Shown here: in pieces, positions 26,803-36,570 of the stretch
Numbering within the stretch: the first letter of the stretch is position 1
Layout: the number at the start of each line of letters is the position of its first letter
Source: an uncultured Haloferula sp.
Lineage (GTDB): Bacteria > Verrucomicrobiota > Verrucomicrobiia > Verrucomicrobiales > Akkermansiaceae
DNA: 64,000 nucleotides
Assembly (NCBI GenBank): GCA_965652295.1
Contig: CBFGTS010000014.1
Span: forward strand, 45,794 to 109,793
Direction: 5' to 3'
Translations under genes and position numbers: made by a program
Notes under the pieces: model-generated
Databases searched by the model: none
What the model saw: the letters and a program-made list of their open reading frames with translations, nothing else
What the model was told of the DNA's origin: nothing

Positions 26803-29337
26803 GTGAGACATATCCGCATCATCCACCGTCTGCGCACGTTTCTGGCCATCGCCGGATTTTTCGCCGTCGCCGGGGTGATCGGGCTGGTGGGCTGGGCGAA
26901 CCAGACCGGGTTGCCGGATTCATGGCGCCAGGGGGTGGCCGAGGCATTGGCCCACCAAGGCATCCACGCGGAACTGGCAAGTCTCCGTTTCGTGCCGTTC
27001 CGCGGCTTTGAGGCGAGTGAGGTCGTGATCTACTCGGACCCGCTCCATCAAAGGGTGGCCGGGCGATTGGAGAAGCTGCTGTTCGAACTCGACCGCACGC
27101 GCCTGACACGCGGGGAATTCCGGATCGAGCGACTCAACCTCTCGGGCGCGAGGTTTTCCGTGGCGGCGGATCCCTTGGACCCGGATTCGGAAAAACTGGA
27201 GATCGCCGATTTGAGCGGGCGGGTGGAATTCTCCGGCCCGCGGTCGATTCATATCAGCCAGGCCAACGGAAGAATCCACGGCATCCGCCTGGACGTGCAC
27301 TGCCATCTCGACCTTTTCCGCTCTGCGGGCATCAGCACGCCGCAGGACGAAGAGCGGGCCCGTCAGGAACGCCGCCGGCTGCTCCTGAATCTGATCCACA
27401 CGCTGGACTCCTTCGATTTCCACCCAGCGAGTCCGCCGCGGATCCGGCTGGAGGTACAGGGCGATCTTGAGGAACCGACAAGCCTGCGGGCGAGCTTCCA
27501 GGTCCGTGGAAAAAATCTGCAAGCCCGGGAGCTGGTGCTGCGGGAAGTGGATTTGAGGGGCGAACTGCATGGCCCGACGCTGGTGGTCCACCAGGCGAGC
27601 GTGATCGCGGACACGGGTGCGCTGGGTGGCAATGTGGAATATGATCTCGATGCCCGTGGCGGCCGCTTCCACCTGCGCTCGACCCTGGATGTCCCCGCAC
27701 TGCTGCGCCAGTTGGAGCTGCCCTTGCCGGAAAAGCTGCCGACATTTTCCGAACCTCCGCTCGTCGAGGCGAAGGGCGAGTTTGCCGAGGGCGAGGACGG
27801 CTGGCAGCTGCGGGTCATCGGCCACGCGGACCTCAAAGAACCGGCTTTCAACGGCATCGGCGTGGAGGCGCTTTCGGCTTCGTTCGCGTGGGATGGCACG
27901 TCATTGCTGGTCGACGACCTGATGATCCGGGAACGCGGCGGCTGGCTGACCGGGCGCGCTCTGATTGAGCCCGACATCGTCCGCTACTCCGCGACGAGCA
28001 CCTTGCCGCTGGATCTCTGGCAAAAGAGCATCCCGTTCGAGCCCCTCAGAACCGTGCTGAACAACTTTTCCGGCGGCCCGGGGCTTTCGAATCGCGTGAC
28101 CTTCCGTGGTCATGCCAACCCGCGGAATCCGCACGACTGGAGTTTCAAGGGCAAGGCGGAGTCCACGGGCCTGAGCTACTGCGGCGTGCCGACGCGGACC
28201 GCCCACGTCACGCTGGATCTGCAGTCCTCGCGGCTCGATTTCATCGATGCCGAAGTGGTTTTCGACTACGGCGTCTACCCATTGAAAAAAAGGCACGGCG
28301 GCCCCGAATCAGGGAAGGTGGGGGTCTCGCTGATCCGCTACGACGACGCCGAAAAAACCGTGGTCATCAAGGATCTGGAAGGCGTCGCCTGGCCCGCGCC
28401 CATCGTGCGCACCTTCGCCCCGAAGGTGGCCGACCATTTGGAAAGCTACGGGTTTCATCGTACCCCGCAGCTCTCGGCACAGGGTACGATCGGCGTGATG
28501 ACCGGCCTGCCGAAACAAGACCTTACGGTGCGCTTCTCGACGGACGACGCCATGGACTACGAATTCCTCGGAGAAACGCTGGAACTCTCCGCACCCCGGG
28601 GCGTGGTCCGCGTGCTTCCCGATCAGGTCGAGGTCAACGACTTGTCGTTCGGGGCCCTCGGTGGACAAGTCCGGGCCTCGCTTTCCAGCCGCCCGGGACC
28701 TCCGGCAACCTTGTCGGGCGCGATCGACTGGACCGAGCTCGACCTGATCGAGATCGCCGAGGCCTACGATTTCCAAAGCGAATTCCCGGGACTGATCACC
28801 GGCCGCGCCGACTTCACGCTGACCGGCGGAGAGGTGAAAGGCCTGGACGGGGAGGGTCACGTCGCGCTTGAGCGGGCACAGCTTTTCGATGTGCCGATCC
28901 TCGGGCCGCTGTCACCGGTGGCGGCCGCCGTGCTGGGCAACCGCAAGGCAGGGTTTCAGGAGGCCAGCTCGGCGTTCTTTTCGTTCGAGATCGAAGACGG
29001 GATCGTCCGCAGCCAGGACTTTCTCACCACCACCCGCTCGATGGTTTTCACCGGGGACGGCAGTGCGGATCTCAATGACCTGGAACTCGACATGACCGTC
29101 CGCATGAACGCCCGCGGCCTGTTCGGCATGCTCACCCTGCCGTTCAAACCGTTCTATGGGCTTTTCCAGTTTCGTGGTACGGGGCCGATCCACCGTCCGG
29201 AGTGGAACAACGTGATGTTCACCTCTCCTCCGGAGGAGCAGAACGAGCGGCTCCTTGCCCCTCCCCGCGCTCGGCCGGTGGGCGGCGTCGAAAAATCCAA
29301 CCCGAAGGCCCGCGCCCCGAATCCGCCCAACAGATAA
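26803..29337 (+). CDS. AsmA-like protein
   Basis: 844 aa, N-terminal TM helix, beta-rich body, C-terminal AsmA_2-like segment ending G.GPI..PEW. Confidence 0.7.
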   Translation: MRHIRIIHRLRTFLAIAGFFAVAGVIGLVGWANQTGLPDSWRQGVAEALAHQGIHAELASLRFVPFRGFEASEVVIYSDPLHQRVAGRLEKLLFELDRTRLTRGEFRIERLNLSGARFSVAADPLDPDSEKLEIADLSGRVEFSGPRSIHISQANGRIHGIRLDVHCHLDLFRSAGISTPQDEERARQERRRLLLNLIHTLDSFDFHPASPPRIRLEVQGDLEEPTSLRASFQVRGKNLQARELVLREVDLRGELHGPTLVVHQASVIADTGALGGNVEYDLDARGGRFHLRSTLDVPALLRQLELPLPEKLPTFSEPPLVEAKGEFAEGEDGWQLRVIGHADLKEPAFNGIGVEALSASFAWDGTSLLVDDLMIRERGGWLTGRALIEPDIVRYSATSTLPLDLWQKSIPFEPLRTVLNNFSGGPGLSNRVTFRGHANPRNPHDWSFKGKAESTGLSYCGVPTRTAHVTLDLQSSRLDFIDAEVVFDYGVYPLKKRHGGPESGKVGVSLIRYDDAEKTVVIKDLEGVAWPAPIVRTFAPKVADHLESYGFHRTPQLSAQGTIGVMTGLPKQDLTVRFSTDDAMDYEFLGETLELSAPRGVVRVLPDQVEVNDLSFGALGGQVRASLSSRPGPPATLSGAIDWTELDLIEIAEAYDFQSEFPGLITGRADFTLTGGEVKGLDGEGHVALERAQLFDVPILGPLSPVAAAVLGNRKAGFQEASSAFFSFEIEDGIVRSQDFLTTTRSMVFTGDGSADLNDLELDMTVRMNARGLFGMLTLPFKPFYGLFQFRGTGPIHRPEWNNVMFTSPPEEQNERLLAPPRARPVGGVEKSNPKARAPNPPNR

Positions 29338-29430
29338 CACGAGTGGAGTCACGTCTTGCGTCGCGGTGGCATCGGTGCCAGCTTCCCCGTGGAACGAACT
29401 CCGTTTTTCCAACCTCATCCGACCAGTCCC

Positions 29431-29907
29431 ATGTCCGAAAATTTTCCGCAACCTCTCGACCCCAACGCGGGGTTTTCCTCCCTTCCCGCCGCCGAAGGCT
29501 CCAACCCGGCGGTTTCCAACGCAGCCAACGATCTCCGTGACGCGGCCGGCAACCTGCGGGACACGATGGCCGAAAAGGCCAAAACCTTCGCCCACGACCA
29601 GAGCGCCCACGCCCGCGAGGCGGCCGAACGCGCCAAGGAGACGGCGCAGCAATTCCGTGAGTCGGCCATGAAGAAGGCCCAGGCGCTGAAGTCCGTCGCC
29701 ACCGAGCGTGCCACCCAGTTCCGCTCCGCAGCGGAAGAACGGGCCGAGCATCTCCGCTCCGTCGCGGACGAGCAATGGGGCCACACCCGCGACCGCGCGA
29801 AAGAGCTGCACGTTTCCGCCGAGGATTATATCCGCCAACACCCGACGAAATGCGTCCTCGGTGCCGTCGGAGTGGGCTTTCTCATCGGCCTCATCACCCG
29901 TCGCTGA
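29431..29907 (+). CDS. DUF883 (ElaB/YqjD) family membrane-anchored protein
   Basis: Coiled-coil body and C-terminal YIRQHP...GAVGVGFLIGLITRR. Confidence 0.85.
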   Translation: MSENFPQPLDPNAGFSSLPAAEGSNPAVSNAANDLRDAAGNLRDTMAEKAKTFAHDQSAHAREAAERAKETAQQFRESAMKKAQALKSVATERATQFRSAAEERAEHLRSVADEQWGHTRDRAKELHVSAEDYIRQHPTKCVLGAVGVGFLIGLITRR

Positions 29908-29924
29908 CCGGACGCCGCCCGCAC

Positions 29925-30317
29925 ATGAGCGAGCCTCCCCAAGAGCCCGCCTCGGCTGGCTGGAAAGCCACCCTGGCGGAATTCGTCGATGCCCGGCTCG
30001 ACCTCATCCGGCTCGAGGCACGTGACGCCGGCCGCGAGGCCGCACGCCGGGCGGCCATCGTCATCGTGATCACCGGAGCCTCGCTCGCAGCATGGTTCAT
30101 GGGGATCGCCGGCCTCATCGGCTGGATCGCCGGAGCCACCGGCTGGCCTTGGTATTTCGTCGCCCTCGGTGGCACCGCGCTGCATTTCCTCATCGCCGTG
30201 ATCGGGGCGCTGTTCCTCAAAAAAGGCACCACCCTGTTTCCGATCACCCGCTCCGAACTCTCCAAAGACCGCGAATGGCTGCAAACCATCAAAGACGAAG
30301 GGAAATCGAAGCACTGA
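29925..30317 (+). CDS. YqjE-like (holin-like family) membrane protein
   Basis: RLDLIRLE, two TM helices, FPITRSELSKDREWL; follows DUF883 as in yqjDE. Confidence 0.8.
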   Translation: MSEPPQEPASAGWKATLAEFVDARLDLIRLEARDAGREAARRAAIVIVITGASLAAWFMGIAGLIGWIAGATGWPWYFVALGGTALHFLIAVIGALFLKKGTTLFPITRSELSKDREWLQTIKDEGKSKH

Positions 30318-30676
30318 TCCGCCGCATCGAATCGTCCCGGCTCTCGCTTGGTGGCGAAGTCCGGTCGCTGCGTGCCAAATTGAAGGCACCGAAACGCTGG
30401 AAGCAGAAGCTGGTCCGCGCCGTGTCCCGCAACCCACTGGCCACCTTCGGCGGCATGGCCGGTGCCGGCTTGCTTCTCAGCCGCCTCCGGCGACGGCCAA
30501 AAGCCGCGAAACGAAAACGCGGTGTGGCGGGTTTTATCCTCGGCGCGGCCTTCGCCGCCCTCAAACCCACCCTGACGCGATTCGCCACCAACGAGCTTCG
30601 CAAATACCTCGTGAAGCACTACATGTCGCGCCGCACGACTGCCACCTCTCCGGCACCCGCCCGCAGAATTTCCTAA
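30275..30676 (+). CDS. Hypothetical basic membrane protein (YqjK-like position)
   Basis: Third gene of the DUF883/YqjE trio; overlaps the previous gene. Confidence 0.6.
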   Translation: MAANHQRRREIEALIRRIESSRLSLGGEVRSLRAKLKAPKRWKQKLVRAVSRNPLATFGGMAGAGLLLSRLRRRPKAAKRKRGVAGFILGAAFAALKPTLTRFATNELRKYLVKHYMSRRTTATSPAPARRIS

Positions 30677-30691
30677 AAAACACCAACCTCA

Positions 30692-31774
30692 ATGTCCGAA
30701 CACCAAGTGCTCGATCATGTGGACCAGTATCTCCGCCTCGGCCGGGAATACAGCTGTTCCGATATCCACCTCCCCACTGCTTATCCACCCGCTTGGCGCA
30801 GATTCGGGCAACTCCAGCCCATCTGGGACGATCACGACCCTCTCACCGCCGAGGATACCGAACGTCTCGCCCGCTCCTTCCTCGCGGACCGGGAATGGAA
30901 TCGCCTTCAGGAAAAGGGTGACGTCGATTTTGCCTACGCCAACGAGGATGGCCGCTTCCGCGCCTCCGTGGTGAAGCAGCGCCTCGGTTACGACATGGTG
31001 TTCCGGATCATCGATGCCGAAATCCGCGACATCGAAACCTTGGGACTGCCGCTCGAGCACCTGAAACCCCTCACCCGATACCACAACGGCCTCATCCTCG
31101 TGACAGGAGCCGTCGGTTCAGGGAAATCGACCACGCTCGCCGCCCTCGTCGATTTCATCAACAAGGACCGCGAGGATCACATCCTCACGCTGGAGGATCC
31201 CATCGAATACGTCTTCGAATCGAAGGGATGTCACGTCAACCAACGCGAAGTCCACCTGCACACCGAGTCCTTCGCCAAGGCACTCCGTGGTGCTCTGCGG
31301 GAAGACCCGGACGTCATCATGGTGGGTGAAATGCGGGACCTTGAAACCATCCAGCTCGCCCTGACCGCAGCGGAAACCGGACACCTGGTCCTCGGAACGC
31401 TCCACACCGGCAACGCGCCGCGGACGCTCGACCGGATCCTCGACGTGTTCCCCACCGACCAGCGCGACCAGATCCGGATCATGGTCTCCGAATCGCTCCG
31501 CGGCGTGCTCTCCCAACAGCTCATTCCCCGCGCCGATGGCCAGGGCCGGGCGCTCGCCCTCGAGCTGCTGGTCAACACTCCCGCCGTCGGCAACTCCATC
31601 CGGGAGGGCAAGACCTTCATGCTCCCCGGCGTCATGCAGACCGGTAAAAACGTCGGCATGATCACCATGGATGAGTCCCTCCGCCAACTCTACATCAAGG
31701 GGCTGATCACCCAGGAGGAAGCCTACTACCGCGCCGAGGACAAAAACTACATGGCCTCGTTCTTCAAATCCTGA
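30692..31774 (+). CDS. pilT: Type IV pilus retraction ATPase, PilT/PilU family
   Basis: GAVGSGKST, EDPIE, ALREDPDVIMVGEMRD, GHLVLGTLH. Confidence 0.9.
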   Translation: MSEHQVLDHVDQYLRLGREYSCSDIHLPTAYPPAWRRFGQLQPIWDDHDPLTAEDTERLARSFLADREWNRLQEKGDVDFAYANEDGRFRASVVKQRLGYDMVFRIIDAEIRDIETLGLPLEHLKPLTRYHNGLILVTGAVGSGKSTTLAALVDFINKDREDHILTLEDPIEYVFESKGCHVNQREVHLHTESFAKALRGALREDPDVIMVGEMRDLETIQLALTAAETGHLVLGTLHTGNAPRTLDRILDVFPTDQRDQIRIMVSESLRGVLSQQLIPRADGQGRALALELLVNTPAVGNSIREGKTFMLPGVMQTGKNVGMITMDESLRQLYIKGLITQEEAYYRAEDKNYMASFFKS

Positions 31775-31803
31775 GCCTCCGAACATTTAGCCAATCCAAT
31801 CCC

Positions 31804-32913
31804 ATGGCCGAAATCGACCGACTTTTCCATTACCTCGTCTCCAGCGGTGGCTCCGACCTTCACCTCTCCGAAGGCCAGCCGCCCAAGACCCGCGTCCACG
31901 GCGCGGTCACTCCCATTGAGGGCGAACCCGTCCTCGAGCACGACCAGATCCGCCGCATGCTCGAGGAAATCTGTGACCCCAACGCATTCGAGATCTATCT
32001 CGAAACCGGCGACCTCGACTTCGCCTACGAAATGAACGAGGAGTCGCGCTTCCGTTGCAACTACCTCAAGCAAAAGAACGGCCTCGCCGCCGTGTTCCGG
32101 CTGATCCCCACCGAGATCATGTCCATGGAGCAGCTCGGCGTGCCGGAGGTGGTCAAACGCTTCGCCCAGATCCGCTCGGGCCTCATCCTCGTCACCGGAC
32201 CCACCGGCTCGGGGAAATCCACGACGCTCGCGGCCATCCTCGACTACATCAATTCGAACTACAACCGGCACATCATCACCATTGAGGAGCCGATCGAGTT
32301 CGTGCACCGCAACAAGAACTCCATCTTCACACAACGCGAGGTGCCGATCCAGACACCTTCTTTCTCCGATGGCCTTCGCGCCGCCCTGCGGGAGGACGCC
32401 GACATCGTGCTCGTCGGTGAGATGCGGGACCTGGAAACCATCTCGCTCGCCCTCACCGCTGCCGAAACCGGTCTGCTCGTCTTCGGCACGCTGCACACCA
32501 ACAACGCCCGCAAGACCGTCGACCGGATCATTGACGTGTTCCCTGCCGACCAGCAGTCGCAGGTACGCACGATGCTCGCCGCCTCACTGCGCGGCGTGCT
32601 CGCTCAGCTCCTCTGCAAGCGCGTCGACAAGCCCGGCCGGGTCGCCGTCCACGAGATCATGTTCGCCACCCCCGCCGTGGCCGCGATCATCCGCGAAGGT
32701 GCCACCCAGAAGCTCTACGACGTCATCACCGGCGGCAAGGGCGAGGGTATGCAGTTCATGGACGAGTCCATCTGGCAGAAACTCCAGTCCGGCATGATCT
32801 CACCGCAGGAGGCCTACATGAAAGCGATCGACAAAACCCGCTTCAAGCCCCTGCTCCCCGCGGAAATGGCCCACCTCGGCGACGCCTCGGGCGAGAGCCC
32901 GATGGGTCACTGA
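31804..32913 (+). CDS. pilT: Second PilT/PilU-family ATPase
   Basis: GPTGSGKST, EEPIE, ALREDADIVLVGEMRD. Confidence 0.9.
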   Translation: MAEIDRLFHYLVSSGGSDLHLSEGQPPKTRVHGAVTPIEGEPVLEHDQIRRMLEEICDPNAFEIYLETGDLDFAYEMNEESRFRCNYLKQKNGLAAVFRLIPTEIMSMEQLGVPEVVKRFAQIRSGLILVTGPTGSGKSTTLAAILDYINSNYNRHIITIEEPIEFVHRNKNSIFTQREVPIQTPSFSDGLRAALREDADIVLVGEMRDLETISLALTAAETGLLVFGTLHTNNARKTVDRIIDVFPADQQSQVRTMLAASLRGVLAQLLCKRVDKPGRVAVHEIMFATPAVAAIIREGATQKLYDVITGGKGEGMQFMDESIWQKLQSGMISPQEAYMKAIDKTRFKPLLPAEMAHLGDASGESPMGH

Positions 32914-33929
32914 GCCCCGGCTTCCCGATCCTCTTCCACCCTCCCCGGCTTCCCGGCCGCGGAGGGTTTATCGTTTTCCTCCTCCGACACCGGCAAACCC
33001 GGAATGTTCGGCTGGGGCCGCTGCGCGTGGAGCGGGGCCTTCGGCGTGACATCCGCGTAGATCGCCACCAGTGCCATGCCGATGAGCCCGACGAATCCCG
33101 CGTAGCCGACCGTCATCGCCGTGGTCATCCCCACCACGAACGGGCAAAAAAACAACAGCCCGATCACCATGAAGCTCGGCTTCACCTCGAAGGCATGAAT
33201 CACCAACCGCAGCCTCGACCTCGCCAACCCGAGACCCATCGCGGTGAAACAGAACACCGCCGCCAGCGCGTTGAGGTGCCAGAACACACCGGCAGTTTCG
33301 TCCTGAGCGATCCGCACACCCAGGGCCACCCCGCCCGAGGCCAGCGCCGAGCCGACGAAGAGGATCATGATCCCGACCCTTGCGCCGAGGCCAGAGAACG
33401 ATGAAGCCCCGATCGCGCCCGCCGCGATCACCGCCGAGAGGCCCAGCACCGACAGCGTGCAGGCGAGATCCCGGACCAGCTCGACTCCGCCAATCTGGTA
33501 GCGCACCAGCACGTAGGGCAGCAGCGAGAACAAAGTCAGCACCGAGAGCGACCACAGGCTCAGGAATTTCCCCCGCACCACCGTCCACCGCCGAAGCTTC
33601 GTCAGCAGCAGCAGCTCGTGATTCCCCTCCTCCAGCTCCTGCCCCATCAGCACCAGTCCTGCCAGCGGCATGATCACCCCGCAGACGGCCGCGATCACCA
33701 CCCACAGCGGCCCTGACGCCACCAGCAACGCGAGGTTCATCATCCCGAGCCCACCCACCTCCTCCTGACTGGCTCCCAGCTGGAACTCCATCACCACCGC
33801 CGCCACCGCCAGCACGTGCACGGCCAGGAAGGGCACCACGAAGCTCCCGCGCCGCATGTTCTGCCGCATCTCCTTCACCAACATCGATCCGAATCGATCG
33901 GGAAGATCGTGGGCCAGCACCTCCGCCAT
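32907..33929 (-). CDS. ABC-2 type permease-like membrane protein
   Basis: MLVKEMRQ N-terminus, ELLLLT.L...VVRGKF motif, about 8 TM segments. Confidence 0.7.
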   Translation of the reverse strand: MAEVLAHDLPDRFGSMLVKEMRQNMRRGSFVVPFLAVHVLAVAAVVMEFQLGASQEEVGGLGMMNLALLVASGPLWVVIAAVCGVIMPLAGLVLMGQELEEGNHELLLLTKLRRWTVVRGKFLSLWSLSVLTLFSLLPYVLVRYQIGGVELVRDLACTLSVLGLSAVIAAGAIGASSFSGLGARVGIMILFVGSALASGGVALGVRIAQDETAGVFWHLNALAAVFCFTAMGLGLARSRLRLVIHAFEVKPSFMVIGLLFFCPFVVGMTTAMTVGYAGFVGLIGMALVAIYADVTPKAPLHAQRPQPNIPGLPVSEEENDKPSAAGKPGRVEEDREAGAQ

Positions 33930-34058
33930 GGCCGCATGCTTCCGCCGCATGACGGTCGGTGCAAGGATCAAGGCGGATTCTGCTGCCAAATCAGGTTTGT
34001 CATCCCCGTCCGCTCACGGTATCCGTGACTCGACCCTACGGTCCTGCATCTTCCCTCT

Positions 34059-35093
34059 ATGTTCCGCTCGATTTCCACACTGCGTCTGGTTCTGGCGCTG
34101 TTGCTCGCCCTGCCCCTCGTGGCCAGAGCCGAGTGGGAGCAGCGGGAAATCAACGGCCGCGGCTACGTGAGCGTCGAGTCGATCAAAACCTACTACAAGT
34201 TCACCAGCCTCAAGCAGTCCGGGAAATCCCTGACGCTTGAGAACTCGAGGACGCGCGTGAACCTCACCGTCGGGGGCGTGGAGTGCCTGATGAACGGGAT
34301 CAAGTTCGTCTTCAGCTACCCGGTCGCGAGCTCCGCAGGGAAATCGTGGGTTTCCCGGATCGATCTCGTGAAACTCATCCACCCCGTCCTGCGTCCCACT
34401 TTCATCCAAGGAGCCGGGGATTTCCGCACGGTCATCATCGACCCCGGCCACGGCGGCAAGGACAGCGGTGCCACCAATGGCTACGGAACCGAAGCCCGCT
34501 ACAACCTGCAGGTTTCCAAGTACCTCAAGGAGCAGCTCGAAGCCGTCGGATTCAGGGTGGTGATGACCCGCTCGGACAATCGCTACCTGACCCTCCAACA
34601 ACGCGTCGATGTCGCCAATGCCATCCGCGAGAGCGCCATTTTCATCTCCATCCATCACAATTCGGGCCGCTCCCAGGCCCGCGGGATCGAAACTTTCACG
34701 CTTTCGCCCGTCGGCGTCGCCCACTACGGCCGCGGCCTCAAGGCCAGCGACTTCCGCGCCGCCACCGGCAATTCCCACGACTCCGCCAACGTCGCCCTGG
34801 CCACCGCCATCCACGGCATGCTGCTCAGCACCCTCAACGACAAAGAAAAGGGCAAGCAATACACGCTGGACCGCGGCATCAAGCGCGCACGCTTCAGCGT
34901 TCTCACCGGTGTCCGCCACCCGTCCGTCTTGGTGGAATGCGGATTCATGAGCAATCCCTACGAGGCCAAGCTCATCCACGACAGCGGCTACCAGCGCACC
35001 GTCGCCAAGCTCATTGCAGGCGCGGTCAGCCGCTACCGATTCGCCGTCAGCCGCGCCTCGGGCGGAGGCGAGGTCGAGAACCGGACGCGATAA
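34059..35093 (+). CDS. N-acetylmuramoyl-L-alanine amidase (Amidase_3)
   Basis: Signal peptide, IIDPGHGG.D.GA, FISIH.N, VLVECGF. Confidence 0.93.
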   Translation: MFRSISTLRLVLALLLALPLVARAEWEQREINGRGYVSVESIKTYYKFTSLKQSGKSLTLENSRTRVNLTVGGVECLMNGIKFVFSYPVASSAGKSWVSRIDLVKLIHPVLRPTFIQGAGDFRTVIIDPGHGGKDSGATNGYGTEARYNLQVSKYLKEQLEAVGFRVVMTRSDNRYLTLQQRVDVANAIRESAIFISIHHNSGRSQARGIETFTLSPVGVAHYGRGLKASDFRAATGNSHDSANVALATAIHGMLLSTLNDKEKGKQYTLDRGIKRARFSVLTGVRHPSVLVECGFMSNPYEAKLIHDSGYQRTVAKLIAGAVSRYRFAVSRASGGGEVENRTR

Positions 35094-35106
35094 GCTGCAC
35101 GTTCGT

Positions 35107-35907
35107 TCAGGCGAAACCCAACAATTCGGGCGTCGCCTCCCGCGGACGCGAAGTCAGCAGCTCGGCCTCGCCTTCCGTGACCAGCACGGTGTGCTCGAAA
35201 TGGGCCGACATCTTCCGGTCCGCCGTGATCACCGTCCAGCCATCGTCAAGAATCCTGACCGCCGCCGTGCCGGCGTTCACCATCGGCTCGATCGCCAACA
35301 CCATGCCCGGCTCGAGAATCGGCGTCTTTCCAGACGGACGGTAGTTGGGAACCTGCGGCTCTTCGTGCAGCTCGCGGCCCACTCCGTGGCCCACGAACTC
35401 CCGGACGACCGTGAAACCCAGCGGTTTCACATGGGCTTCCACCGCCCCGCAGACATCCGCCAAGGGTTTGCCAGGCCGCGCGTTCGCAATCGCCTCGAAC
35501 AGCGATTGCTCCGTTGCAGCAAGCAGGCGCTTGGTTCGGTCATCGATCTCTCCCACCCCGACCGTCGTTGCGTTGTCGCCGATCCAGCCATTCTTCACGA
35601 TGCCGACGTCGATCTTGATGATGTCGCCCATCTGCAGGATCCGTGGACCACCGATTCCATGGACGACCTCCTCATTGACCGAGAGGCACGTGTAGCCCGG
35701 AAACCCGCGGTAACCGAGAAACGCGCTCGTGCAGCCGTGCTCCTTGATCAGGCTCGCCGCCAGCTCATCGAGCTGTCGGGTCGTCACACCCGGCTCCACC
35801 GCGGCAGCGAGCTTCTGCAGGATCCCGCTGGCGATGGCTCCGGCCACGCGCATGCGGTCGATTTCCTCCGCGGTCTTGATGCGGATGCGTTTACGCCTTT
35901 TGGCCAT
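35107..35907 (-). CDS. map: Methionine aminopeptidase type I
   Basis: SVNEEVVHGI, GHGVG..LHEEP, AIEPMVN, SAHFEHT. Confidence 0.96.
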   Translation of the reverse strand: MAKRRKRIRIKTAEEIDRMRVAGAIASGILQKLAAAVEPGVTTRQLDELAASLIKEHGCTSAFLGYRGFPGYTCLSVNEEVVHGIGGPRILQMGDIIKIDVGIVKNGWIGDNATTVGVGEIDDRTKRLLAATEQSLFEAIANARPGKPLADVCGAVEAHVKPLGFTVVREFVGHGVGRELHEEPQVPNYRPSGKTPILEPGMVLAIEPMVNAGTAAVRILDDGWTVITADRKMSAHFEHTVLVTEGEAELLTSRPREATPELLGFA

Positions 35908-36556
35908 CGTTTCTGAGTCGGTCGATTTGTTCGGCGAGGCGTCCGGCAACGGCCTCGATATCCCCCGTCGCGTTGCAACGGATCAGTTTGTTCTGACCGG
36001 CATATCTTTCGATCACAGGCAGCGCATGCAAGGCGAACTCGTCATAGCGGCTCAGGAAATTCTCCACGCCGTCGTCTGCCCGCGGTTCGGCAGGTCCGCC
36101 ACACTTCGGGCACCGGCCAGCCGGCGCGGTATCCTCCACTTGGCCCGACCACCGGCAGTCCGGACATTCCACCCTCCGCGCGATCCGCCGGAGCAGCTCG
36201 TCCTTCGGCACTTCGAGCGCTATTGCGGCCGCAATCCCGATACCGCGCGCACTGCACCAATCACGGAGAAAGTCGTCCTGCGTCCGGGTTCGTGGAAATC
36301 CATCCAAGATCCAGCCGGATCCAATCTGCGTCTGCAACCATGGCTCCATCACACGGCACATCGTCTCATCCGCGATGTAGCCGCCGCGGGCGAGGATCGG
36401 GCGGATTTCGTCGGCCAGAGGACCGCCGTTCTCCAGCGCCTCACGCAGCAAGGCTCCGGTGCTCAGATAGGAAAGCCCTTCCCGCTCGGCAATGCGCCGC
36501 CCCTGCGTTCCTTTGCCAGACGCAGGGGGGCCCAGAAGAATCAGCCGCAGCGGCAT
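35891..36556 (-). CDS. adk: Adenylate kinase with Zn-binding LID
   Basis: GPPASGKGTQ, LDGFPRT, CPDC...CPKC; between secY and map. Confidence 0.92.
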   Translation of the reverse strand: MPLRLILLGPPASGKGTQGRRIAEREGLSYLSTGALLREALENGGPLADEIRPILARGGYIADETMCRVMEPWLQTQIGSGWILDGFPRTRTQDDFLRDWCSARGIGIAAAIALEVPKDELLRRIARRVECPDCRWSGQVEDTAPAGRCPKCGGPAEPRADDGVENFLSRYDEFALHALPVIERYAGQNKLIRCNATGDIEAVAGRLAEQIDRLRNDGQKA

Positions 36557-36570
36557 GACAATCTCGGTTC

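Noticed and set aside
29925..30317. Holin-like gene as evidence of a prophage
   Set aside because: It lies in a DUF883/YqjE-type housekeeping trio with no phage genes nearby
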